A program made the translations under genes and the position numbers. A stretch of DNA of 64,000 bases from a bacterium. Lineage in GTDB: Bacteria; Patescibacteriota; Minisyncoccia; UBA6257; Colwellbacteraceae. Under the pieces are notes generated by a model. The model did not search any database and was not told the origin of the DNA. It was given only the letters and a program-made list of their open reading frames with translations. The stretch is from assembly GCA_029548485.1 (NCBI GenBank), contig JAKPNH010000008.1, positions 1,563-65,562 on the forward strand. The letters run 5' to 3'. This document shows, one piece after another, positions 45,933 to 54,508 of this stretch (position 1 is its first letter; each line of letters begins with the position of its first letter).

Positions 45933-46478
45933 CTAGAATTGGACTTTGACCGGTTCTTTTTCTCCGGCTTCGGTCTCGAAGAACGGCTCCACTTTGAATC
46001 CGAAAATCCCGGCGATCAGATTCGTCGGAAACCTTTGAACCCTGATGTTTATTTCCCTGACATTGCTGTTGTAGAACCTGCGGGCCGCCTGGATTTTATT
46101 CTCGGTGTCCGAGAGCTCGCATTGAAGCTCCACGAAATTGGTGTTGGCTTTCAGTTCGGGGTAGTTTTCGGAAACCGCGAAAAGGGTTTTCAAGGTTCCG
46201 CTCAAGGCGCTTTCGGCCTTGTCCCTTTCCAAGGGATTTCCTTTACTTTGAGCGACGCTCGCCCTCGCCTCGGTCACCTTCTCCAGGACATTGGCTTCGT
46301 GCGACATATAGCCTTTGACCGTTTCCACCAGATTGGGAATCAGGTCAAAGCGCCTTTTCAGCTGGACATCGATGTCTGACAAAGCCTCCTTTACCCTGGT
46401 TTTCAGGGTCACCAGGCCGTTGTAAGAGCCGATCACCCAGACGAAAATTACCGCGATTCCGCCCCATAGAATATACAT
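45933..46478 (-). CDS. lemA: LemA family protein
   Basis: IDVQLKRR.DLIPNLV, E.YPELKA, EN.I..ARR.YN and FP..LIA. Confidence 0.95.
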   Translation of the reverse strand: MYILWGGIAVIFVWVIGSYNGLVTLKTRVKEALSDIDVQLKRRFDLIPNLVETVKGYMSHEANVLEKVTEARASVAQSKGNPLERDKAESALSGTLKTLFAVSENYPELKANTNFVELQCELSDTENKIQAARRFYNSNVREINIRVQRFPTNLIAGIFGFKVEPFFETEAGEKEPVKVQF

Positions 46479-46530
46479 ATTGATGCTTTATTTGTTTTTT
46501 AGCGACTGCTTGATTATAGCACGACGGTCA

Positions 46531-46555
46531 GAACCGCGCTTTTCGGGCGCGGTTC
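46531..46555 (-). terminator. Hairpin after groEL
   Basis: gaaccgcgc-ttttcgg-gcgcggttc. Confidence 0.6.
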
Positions 46556-46564
46556 CAATGGAAA

Positions 46565-48184
46565 TTAGTATTCCGGCATTTCCGGATGGTTGTGCTCCTC
46601 TTTTTTCGGAATGTCGGTGATGGCCGAACCGATGGTGAGATAGTTGCTCGCCACGGAAACGGCGTTAACGAAGGCCGTTTTCGTCACCTTGAGCGGATCG
46701 ATGATCCCTTTCTCCTTTAGGTCGCAGAATTCGTTCGTCAAAGCGTTGAATCCCCACCATTTCTTGCCTTCGGCTTCTTTTTTCAGCTGCGGGATGATTT
46801 CGTCGGGTTTTTCTCCGCTGTTCAAAACAATGGCGTTGATCGGAGCCTGGAGTGCTTTGGAGATCACTTTAGCGGCCGCAACCTCGACCGCTCCGCCGGA
46901 AATGGAGATCTTTCCCTCGACGTTGAAGAGCGCCATGCCTCCTCCAGGGATAATGCCTTCTTCCATGGCCGCCTTGGTGGCGGCAACGGCGTCTTCCACC
47001 CTTTGTTTCAGTTCTTTCTGGCTGGATTCCGTGGGTGCTCCGACTTTGATGACCGCCACTCCGCCGGAAAGCTTGCCCAAACGCTCCTCCAGTTTTTCTT
47101 TGTCGTAATCCGAATCGGTTTTTTGGATCTGCGCCTTGAGCTGGCTGATCCTGGAATCGATGACTTTCTTGTCTCCGGCTCCGCCCACGATCGTCGTCGT
47201 ATCCTTAGTCGAAACCACGCGGTGGGCCCGCCCCAAAGCCGTCACGTCCACTCCTTCAAGCTTTCTTCCGAGCTCTTCGGAGATAAATTCCGCTCCGGTG
47301 ACGACGGCGATATCCTGGAGCATTTCTTTTCTCCTGTCGCCGAATCCTGGCGCTTTCACGGCCAAGACGTTGAAAATCCCTCTTAATTTGTTGACCACGA
47401 GCGTGGCCAAGGCTTCGCCGTCAACGTCGTCGGCGACGATCACCAGTTCTTTTTTGCCAACTTTGATCAGTTTTTCCAAAAGCGGCAGAAGATCGTTGAT
47501 GGCCGATATCTTCTGGTCGGTGACGAGGATATAGGGGTCTTCGAGGACCGCTTCCATCCTCTCCGGATTGGAGATCATGTATTGTGAAATATACCCCTTG
47601 TCGAACTGCATTCCTTCGACGATCTCGTAGGAATTGCTCACGGTGTTCGAATCCTCGATGGTGACGACGCCTTCCTTGCCGATTTTTCTCATCACTTCGG
47701 CGATCAATTTACCGATCTCGCTGTTTTTCGCGGAGAGCGTAGCCACTTCTTCCACCTTTTTGTCGGCGTCGATCAATTCTTTCTGTGCTTCCAAAGCTTT
47801 GATCACCTCGTCGCTCGCTTTCTTCAAGGCCTCGGAAAGCTGGATGACGTTGAATCCTTTGTCGCTTATCTGGCGCTCGCCTTCTTCGATCATGGCGTGA
47901 GCCAAGACCACGGCCGTGGTCGTCCCGTCTCCGACGTTGTCGTTCGTCTTGTCGGCCGCCTGCTTCAACAAATCGGCTCCGAGGTTCTCGTACTTGTCCT
48001 CGAGCTCGATTTCCTTGGCGACGGTGACGCCGTCGAAGGTCACCTGCGGGGCGCCGTATCCTTTTTCGATGACCATCGCCCGGCCGCGCGGGCCCAAAGT
48101 CATGGTGACGGCGCGCGCCAATTTGTCGATTCCTTTTTTCAAAGATTTTCTCGCTTCTTCGTCGAATAAAATTTGTTTAGCCAT
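46565..48184 (-). CDS. groL: Chaperonin GroEL
   Basis: TLGPRGR, DGVTVAKEI, GDGTTT, APGFGDRRK and GIIDP.KV motifs. Confidence 0.98.
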   Translation of the reverse strand: MAKQILFDEEARKSLKKGIDKLARAVTMTLGPRGRAMVIEKGYGAPQVTFDGVTVAKEIELEDKYENLGADLLKQAADKTNDNVGDGTTTAVVLAHAMIEEGERQISDKGFNVIQLSEALKKASDEVIKALEAQKELIDADKKVEEVATLSAKNSEIGKLIAEVMRKIGKEGVVTIEDSNTVSNSYEIVEGMQFDKGYISQYMISNPERMEAVLEDPYILVTDQKISAINDLLPLLEKLIKVGKKELVIVADDVDGEALATLVVNKLRGIFNVLAVKAPGFGDRRKEMLQDIAVVTGAEFISEELGRKLEGVDVTALGRAHRVVSTKDTTTIVGGAGDKKVIDSRISQLKAQIQKTDSDYDKEKLEERLGKLSGGVAVIKVGAPTESSQKELKQRVEDAVAATKAAMEEGIIPGGGMALFNVEGKISISGGAVEVAAAKVISKALQAPINAIVLNSGEKPDEIIPQLKKEAEGKKWWGFNALTNEFCDLKEKGIIDPLKVTKTAFVNAVSVASNYLTIGSAITDIPKKEEHNHPEMPEY

Positions 48185-48210
48185 GGTGTTGATATTTTTT
48201 TAAATGCGAC

Positions 48211-48501
48211 CTATTCCAGGATCGCCAAGATGTCGTCTTCGTCTCCGACCAAGTATTTCTTGCCGTTGATCTCGATTTCGTCCGGACCGTATTTCTTGAA
48301 GAGGACCGTGTCGCCGACCTTGACCGACATCGGCGTCCGTTCGCCTTTATCGTTCAATTTGCCCTCGCCGACGGCGATAATTTTGCCTTTGACCGGCTTT
48401 TCTTTGTCGGCCGTGTCCGGAATGATGATGCCCGATTCCGTGGCTTTTTCTTCTTCGATCGGCTCAAGGAAAATATGGTTCGATAGGGGTTTTATGTTCA
48501 T
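48211..48501 (-). CDS. groES: Co-chaperonin GroES
   Basis: IKPL, T.SGIIIPD...EKP, VG.G and VKVGD.V.F.KY. Confidence 0.97.
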   Translation of the reverse strand: MNIKPLSNHIFLEPIEEEKATESGIIIPDTADKEKPVKGKIIAVGEGKLNDKGERTPMSVKVGDTVLFKKYGPDEIEINGKKYLVGDEDDILAILE

Positions 48502-48511
48502 TTCGCCTTAT

Positions 48512-48542
48512 ATTATATCATATTCCGCCGCTGTTTTGTCAA
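48512..48542 (-). promoter_or_regulatory. Promoter of groES-groEL
   Basis: Minus strand TTGACA...TGATATAAT (extended -10), 10 nt before the groES ATG; no CIRCE seen. Confidence 0.6.
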
Positions 48543-48596
48543 GTATTTTTCCGGCCGACTCCGAGCAAAAAGTCGCTCGGCGGCCTTCTTTAAAGG

Positions 48597-49634
48597 CTAT
48601 TCTTCGGATTCCGGCTTGTCCAAAACCATCGGTTCGATGTTCGCCGCCGAACCGCTGATCCGCAAAACGTCTTTGTCTATTTTGCCGAATTCCTTGTAGG
48701 CCTGGTTGTACATTCCGACCGAAGTCCCGAGATGGTTTCCCAGCTTTTTCATGTATCCTTCGTAGCTCGCCAAATGCTTACCAAGCTCTTCCACCCGTTT
48801 TTTGATCTCTTTGGCCGATTCTTCTATCTGTAAAGCCTTGAGACCCTGAAGCACGGTCTGGAGATAAGCGAGAAAGCTCGTCGGAGAAACGATGATCACG
48901 TGCTTTTCCTTGAAAGCATATTCGATCAAATCCCTCGTGTTCGTTTTAACCGCACCCACTTTGTTCACTAGTAGATCGTAATAAATCGCCTCCGAAGGAA
49001 TGAACATAAAGGCGAAATCCATGGTGTTCTCGTCAGGACGCACGTATTTCGAGGTTTCGTCGATGCGGTCTTTCAGATCGTCCCTGAATTGTTTTTCCAA
49101 CTCTTCCCTTCTTTGGGAATCGTTTTCGGACAAGATCCTTTCGTAGTTTTCCAAAGAAAACTTGGAATCCACCGGAATTACTTTGTCCTTGACGAAAACG
49201 GCGGCGTCCACGATCTCGCCGTCTTTGAATTTGTACTGCATTTCGTAGGAATTCGGCGGCAGGACATTTTTCAAGGTTTCTTCTAGGAAATACTCTCCGA
49301 GCACTCCCCTTTGTTTCGGATTTTTCAAAATATCCTGGAGGTCTTTCAATTGATCGGCCAGATTCACCACCTGTTTCTGGCCCTCGCCCACTTTGGTCAG
49401 CTCTTCGGTGATCTCTTTGATCATCCGGCTGCTTTCGCCGAACTGCGACTGCATCACTTTCGGCAATTCCCCAAGCTTAGCGTCCAGAACCCGGCTCATC
49501 TCGTTGATCTGGTTTTGAAGCAACATCAAAGCATTGTCGGCTTCAGCCGGCTTCGGCTTCCTCAAAAGCAGAAATAAGGCAACGCTCAAAAGCGACAAAA
49601 ACAAGATTATAGCCGCCCCGAAAACTATTTCCAT
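48597..49634 (-). CDS. rmuC: DNA recombination protein RmuC
   Basis: N-terminal TM, coiled coil, RG.LGE..LE, VD...., DSKF, T.DFA.MFIPSE and SPT motifs. Confidence 0.92.
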   Translation of the reverse strand: MEIVFGAAIILFLSLLSVALFLLLRKPKPAEADNALMLLQNQINEMSRVLDAKLGELPKVMQSQFGESSRMIKEITEELTKVGEGQKQVVNLADQLKDLQDILKNPKQRGVLGEYFLEETLKNVLPPNSYEMQYKFKDGEIVDAAVFVKDKVIPVDSKFSLENYERILSENDSQRREELEKQFRDDLKDRIDETSKYVRPDENTMDFAFMFIPSEAIYYDLLVNKVGAVKTNTRDLIEYAFKEKHVIIVSPTSFLAYLQTVLQGLKALQIEESAKEIKKRVEELGKHLASYEGYMKKLGNHLGTSVGMYNQAYKEFGKIDKDVLRISGSAANIEPMVLDKPESEE

Positions 49635-49679
49635 GAACCCATTTTAAACCAAAAATCTCCGCCTCGCCACTTGGTTATT

Positions 49680-51023
49680 TCAAGGATTTTCGGCGCCAAA
49701 AGGACTGACCAAACAGAAATCCGCGTCGCTCTGGTCGGTTACCGACTCCTTGAATCGGCAATCGCTCAAACAGTCTTCGTCGCAACAGCCGATATAATCG
49801 TAGGCGTAGCTCAAGGCAATCCTATAGTCCGATCCGATCGGACGTTCCGATCGCAGGATAACGGTTTCCGTGCCGTCATTTTCGGTGATAATCGAGCTTA
49901 TGACCGCATTTCCTTTGAGCAGACTGACGCGGATGGATTTGTCGTCAGAAACGGGGCTGGTTCCGCTGCTCCGCCAGTTCACGGTCATCTGGTCTCCGGG
50001 AGCGAAGCTTTGGCCGCCGTTCGGATAATCGACTTCTGCCCAAGCCCTTTGGTCGGTTACGGCCTCCGGAGTCGGTCTTTTTTCTCCGCCGAGGCAAACA
50101 ACATTCCTGGTCGAAGCTGGATCCGCTCTTTTTTCTCCGTTCACGACGGCTTCCGCGAAAGCCCCGAGTCCGGCCCTCGAGATCCGGCCATCAACGACAA
50201 AATCCGAAATAAAATCGATGTCTAATTTAAGCCCGGCTGCCGCAATCATTCCGCGCAGCTTTTCCAAGTCCAAAATCCTGTCGGTCAAATCGATTCTCTT
50301 GGAAAGGAGAAAATCTTCAACGTTCTTCCCGTAGTCTCCGGAAAGCGTTTGTTTCATCAGGATCGTGTCTCCGGTCAGCCGCATGATAATCGCTCCGGCT
50401 TCGAGGATGTCGGCTGGAGTTTCCAAGCTTGCGGAAGCCGTTTCCTCTAGTTTGCCGGCCGGGCCGATTCCCGAATCTTCAAAGTTCTCGAGAGATATCT
50501 CCGCTCCGGAAACATAGGGCTCGATCCAAGCCATAAACCAGCGGCCGTCGATTTTCTTTAAATAAAAAACATCTCGATCGATTTTGATTTCCGGCGGCAA
50601 TCCCCAGATATTGCTTTTGGTCTCCGCGGCCACGAAAACAGCCGCTTTGTCCGAAGAATGATCCAAGATTTTGACGTTTAAAATATCGATTATTTCGAAA
50701 CGCCTCTGTTTCGCGTTCAGGCTGTCCCGAATGAACCCGTTCGCTTCCGCGATCAAAAGCCCTTTTCCGTTATCGACGGCGTAGGCGTCTATGAAATCCC
50801 GCCAACTTTTGTTGGTGTTTATGTTCCTCGCGTAATCGGAGTAATAATCCGATACGAACCGGCTAATGGCGACTCTATCGTTTTTGGAAAGATAACCGAA
50901 CAATCCCAAATCCCCGACTGCCCAAACGGCTCCCGCAATCGCGGCGAATAGGATCAGAATATACAATATTCTCCGATTCGACGGAGGTTTCGAAGATACC
51001 GGGCGTCCCGTCTTGCGGCTCAT
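49680..51023 (-). CDS. Membrane-anchored extracellular protein with C-terminal Ig-like (PNGGE-type) domain
   Basis: TM near the N-terminus; V.YPNGG.....G....V.W...Y.I...D.SD..F pattern. Start set at MSRKTG, an ATGA overlap with the upstream gene. Confidence 0.6.
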   Translation of the reverse strand: MSRKTGRPVSSKPPSNRRILYILILFAAIAGAVWAVGDLGLFGYLSKNDRVAISRFVSDYYSDYARNINTNKSWRDFIDAYAVDNGKGLLIAEANGFIRDSLNAKQRRFEIIDILNVKILDHSSDKAAVFVAAETKSNIWGLPPEIKIDRDVFYLKKIDGRWFMAWIEPYVSGAEISLENFEDSGIGPAGKLEETASASLETPADILEAGAIIMRLTGDTILMKQTLSGDYGKNVEDFLLSKRIDLTDRILDLEKLRGMIAAAGLKLDIDFISDFVVDGRISRAGLGAFAEAVVNGEKRADPASTRNVVCLGGEKRPTPEAVTDQRAWAEVDYPNGGQSFAPGDQMTVNWRSSGTSPVSDDKSIRVSLLKGNAVISSIITENDGTETVILRSERPIGSDYRIALSYAYDYIGCCDEDCLSDCRFKESVTDQSDADFCLVSPFGAENP

Positions 51024-51472
51024 CTTATTTCTTCGGTGAAAGTGATTTCGAGCGTGCGCACGATCTGACCGGTCGCATCTTTGCCGACGGCGTACCATTT
51101 TTCTATCAAAGCCGATCCCGGTAAGCGATTGGGATAACACTTACTCGGATCGTCATCAATGTCCGAACACCTCTTATAAACCGTAAAAGTCTGCCCCGTA
51201 TCATCGAGTTGCCCATCTTGCCCCGCGACTTCCGCCAGGCATACCGCGCCGCAACCCTGCCAGCAGCATCCGAACCGGCGCATCAATATCCTTTCGATGC
51301 CGGCGTCGGCCGAGAAAAGGGCCTGGGTCGACTGGCTGATGCTACTCGCCTGCCGCAGTTCGTAGACCACGAGCAAATTGGCCAAAGCTGTCGCTCCGAG
51401 AATGACGATCGACATCGTGAAAACCATAAAAAGCATGGTCTGTCCTCTGGATGTTTTTTTGCGGATGTTCAT
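51020..51472 (-). CDS. PilX-like minor pilin
   Basis: RG|QTML hydrophobic N-terminus without Glu5; QALFSADAGIE (PilX N-terminal signature). Confidence 0.75.
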   Translation of the reverse strand: MNIRKKTSRGQTMLFMVFTMSIVILGATALANLLVVYELRQASSISQSTQALFSADAGIERILMRRFGCCWQGCGAVCLAEVAGQDGQLDDTGQTFTVYKRCSDIDDDPSKCYPNRLPGSALIEKWYAVGKDATGQIVRTLEITFTEEIR

Positions 51473-51473
51473 T

Positions 51474-51986
51474 TTAAGAAGAGGGCCTGTAATAGAACAA
51501 CCTTTCGCTTATCGTCGTTTGGAAAGTGAGTGGACCCTTGAACAAGGAGCTTTCCACTTGTATTTTGATCGTCACCCGTGGCGGATAATTGTCCGACTCG
51601 GTGATATAAAATCTCAAATCCGTCACCCGTACATCGTCGGCGGTCAAACGCTTCGGCATCTCGGCGCCTACCTTTCTCGTGATATAATCGCCACCCGGAG
51701 GCCTCATATACGTTACTTCCTGCCCCAGGTATTTGACGAATCGCAACGAATTCGTTCCTTCCGGTGTGGAATAATTTGTGCCGGTCCTTATCTCCCGCGC
51801 CATTTGCTCTATCACCAAAGAAAGATTATCCAAAATAGCCGTCTGGTTGGCCACGTTCCGCTCTGCCTTCAAAGAATTAGTAAAAATGGAGAGAATCAGG
51901 AAAACGACGCCCACGAAAACTCCCAAAGTGACGGTTACTTCCACGAGAGTAAACCCTGATTTTTTAGAAAGATTTATCATATTCAT
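51474..51986 (-). CDS. PilW/GspJ-like minor pilin
   Basis: SG|FTLVE class III signal peptide and REIR motif. Confidence 0.8.
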   Translation of the reverse strand: MNMINLSKKSGFTLVEVTVTLGVFVGVVFLILSIFTNSLKAERNVANQTAILDNLSLVIEQMAREIRTGTNYSTPEGTNSLRFVKYLGQEVTYMRPPGGDYITRKVGAEMPKRLTADDVRVTDLRFYITESDNYPPRVTIKIQVESSLFKGPLTFQTTISERLFYYRPSS

Positions 51987-52543
51987 TGTTCCGCGCGCCA
52001 ACCGATAAAATCCGTGGCTATTTTCGACGATCTGATTTCGGCCGGGTGTCTCGGATCGTACCAGGCTACGGTCGCGATCGCTCGGATTTTAAGATCGGAA
52101 AGAGGCCTGATTTGGATCCATCTTTTAAAAATAGTCGCGGTCGTTTCTCCCGCTTCGTTATAATCGTACAGACCTTCGCCGTTGATTCTTAAAAAACGTG
52201 CTTCTCCAAAAGTAAGATCGATGTCATTTTCACTTGGACCGTCGCAAGTCAATAAATGCCGCAAATCCGATTCGGAATGCATACTCTCATAAAATACCTC
52301 GATGCAATCGTTGTCGGAAAAGTTCTCGTTCCAGGAGTCTTCGCGAACAACATTGCTATCCAGAATGTTTTTCGTCACCTCGAGGCCTTCGGCCGCCAGA
52401 TTGGCGGCGATAAATTGGTCGGTAACGACCGAGCTTGTCCGAAGGGCGCTTATCGCCAAACTAAAAATGCCGAGGACGCTAGAGACGATGATTCCCATGG
52501 CGATCATTCCCTCGACGATGAATTGCCCTCTGGTGCTTCTCAT
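51983..52543 (-). CDS. PilV/GspI-like minor pilin
   Basis: RG|QFIVE signal and A.NLA.EGLE motif. Confidence 0.78.
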   Translation of the reverse strand: MRSTRGQFIVEGMIAMGIIVSSVLGIFSLAISALRTSSVVTDQFIAANLAAEGLEVTKNILDSNVVREDSWNENFSDNDCIEVFYESMHSESDLRHLLTCDGPSENDIDLTFGEARFLRINGEGLYDYNEAGETTATIFKRWIQIRPLSDLKIRAIATVAWYDPRHPAEIRSSKIATDFIGWRAEQ

Positions 52544-52563
52544 ATTGTTTGATTATAGTCGGT

Positions 52564-53148
52564 TTAACGCACTATCGAAACCATACCCGAAGCGAGCACC
52601 CCCACTTGCCGCGGTGTCCCGGACCCGTCCCTAGCTCTTATGGTAATAATTATTCCACCGTCGCCTCCGGCTTCGGAGTCGAACACCACTGTCGGATCCG
52701 GCGGGACAAATAATATTTTCTGCTCTCCACTTACAAACTCCACAAGTGGATCAAGAGTCATAAAGTAGAGCGACCCCACGGAAGACAAATCCGTAGTTTC
52801 GCCTATCAGCGGATTAAACAAAGCATCGAAAGCGCATCCCTCGTCTATGCCTACGTCCCTAAAAATATAAGCGCGGTCTTCTCCGGGAACGATATGCACG
52901 CCGTATCCGCAAACAAGTCCTCCTTGAGGATCGGCCAGGGTGGCGATGCTCAAAAATCTCGCGTAAGTGATGAGGCTTCTCAATTCTTCCTGGCTTTTGG
53001 AAAGCGTGAATTCTCTCTTGATCGAAGCTCCGGAAATACTCATCGACATCAAAAGCAAGGAAGTGATGCCGATCGTCACCACCATTTCGACCAACGTAAA
53101 CCCTGGCGCCGATTTTTTAAGCAAGGTTGAAGAACCGAAAATAGCCAT
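52564..53148 (-). CDS. FimU/GspH-like minor pilin
   Basis: PG|FTLVE signal; AR..S, YGV and C-terminal G.V strand. Confidence 0.78.
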   Translation of the reverse strand: MAIFGSSTLLKKSAPGFTLVEMVVTIGITSLLLMSMSISGASIKREFTLSKSQEELRSLITYARFLSIATLADPQGGLVCGYGVHIVPGEDRAYIFRDVGIDEGCAFDALFNPLIGETTDLSSVGSLYFMTLDPLVEFVSGEQKILFVPPDPTVVFDSEAGGDGGIIITIRARDGSGTPRQVGVLASGMVSIVR

Positions 53149-53962
53149 TACATATATTAAAGCCCAAAAACACGATTAAGAGAATCCCGAGCGCCATAAA
53201 CGGGCCGAAGGGCAGCATGTCTTTCATTCTTTTTTTTCGCAAAAGCAAGCTCATTCCTCCGAAAACTCCGCCCAAAATAAAGGAAAGCATCAAGGCCAAG
53301 ACTATGTCCGGCCAGCCGATAAAAAGTCCGGCGGCCGCCCCGAGCTTGGCGTCGCCCATGCCCATTCCTTTACCTTTCGTGAAAAAAATCAATCCCATAA
53401 AAAGCAGTCCGCCGAAAGCCGCGGCCGCCAAATGATTCAAAAAAATGTTCTGCCGCAACCCAAGAACGCTCGCGTAATATCCGATAAACGACCCCTCGGT
53501 CAGGCCGAAAGCCTTGGTCTGCGAACCGAGCAGAACGAACAATATTCCCAACAATCCGATGAAAAGGTTCAGTTCGTCCGGTATCACCTGGAAATAAAAA
53601 TCGATGAAAGACAAAACAAGGAGGCTTAACGCGAAAAGCGCGATCAAAAGTGCTTGCAAAGTCAAACCCCATTTGAGATAAGCCGCGACGAGGATAAGGC
53701 CGGATAAAATCTCGACGATCGGATATTGCCAGGATATTCTCCTGTGGCAGTTGCGGCATCTTCCTTTCTGTATAAAAAAACTGAAGATTGGAACAAGCTC
53801 GAACCATCTAAGCGTCTCGCCGCAAGAGCGGCATTTTGACCTGCCGCCGAGATGGATGCCGACCAAAGCGGTTTTATCCGGATCGTAACGTAAAATTACG
53901 ACATTCAAAAAGCTGCCGATGCAAACACCGAAAAAAAACAAAAAGAAATAATTAGCAAACAC
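53117..53962 (-). CDS. pilD: Prepilin peptidase
   Basis: GSFLNVVI.R, S.C..C...L.W.E..P..S, G.CR.C, YP.VE, GMG.GD.K and PFGPF. Confidence 0.95.
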   Translation of the reverse strand: MFANYFFLFFFGVCIGSFLNVVILRYDPDKTALVGIHLGGRSKCRSCGETLRWFELVPIFSFFIQKGRCRNCHRRISWQYPIVEILSGLILVAAYLKWGLTLQALLIALFALSLLVLSFIDFYFQVIPDELNLFIGLLGILFVLLGSQTKAFGLTEGSFIGYYASVLGLRQNIFLNHLAAAAFGGLLFMGLIFFTKGKGMGMGDAKLGAAAGLFIGWPDIVLALMLSFILGGVFGGMSLLLRKKRMKDMLPFGPFMALGILLIVFLGFNICNGYFRFFNLA

Positions 53963-53969
53963 TATATAA

Positions 53970-54440
53970 TTACCTCACGCAGTACAAATTGTCTTGTGGA
54001 AAATCCGGACCGCAATTTAATCCATAAAGTGCTCCCTCATAGCTATCTACCGGAACCCCCCTCTCCATTCTTGCTCCTAGAACGTACTCAAAACCCCTCG
54101 GGATATTCACACCATATCGATAATCTTCTCCCGACGGGTCATTATCAGGAATATCCGCCTCATCTGCTACAGTTGCTACAAGAGCATCCTTTAAAGCGTC
54201 CCAACTAGCTGGTGCAGACACACTTCCCGGAGAACAAGTCGCTCCACCAGGATAATGCCCGCATCTATTGTAATAGAGCTCCAAATAGGTCTGGACTTTT
54301 TTAAGATCAGCCATCCTCCTCGTATCTCTCGCGTTTGATTGGACACTACGCGTTCCATTGAAGACCAATCCCATCAAAATGCCGATGACCGCGATAACGA
54401 TCACCATCTCGATCAATGTAAAACCTTTTTGCGATTTCAT
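53970..54440 (-). CDS. Type IV pilin (GspG-like; probable major pilin)
   Basis: KG|FTLIEMVIVIAVIGIL and ARD..R.ADL......LELYY...G.YP; terminal Cys pair. Confidence 0.88.
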   Translation of the reverse strand: MKSQKGFTLIEMVIVIAVIGILMGLVFNGTRSVQSNARDTRRMADLKKVQTYLELYYNRCGHYPGGATCSPGSVSAPASWDALKDALVATVADEADIPDNDPSGEDYRYGVNIPRGFEYVLGARMERGVPVDSYEGALYGLNCGPDFPQDNLYCVR

Positions 54441-54508
54441 GTTTTTTGATTTTTTACGACTTTTATTTTTACCGTTTGACCCGAGTTTATATGTTCATTC
54501 TACCCGAA

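Noticed and set aside
48502-48596. CIRCE element upstream of groES
   Set aside because: TTAGCACTC-N9-GAGTGCTAA is not present; only a sigma70-type promoter and a cgagc...gctcg hairpin.
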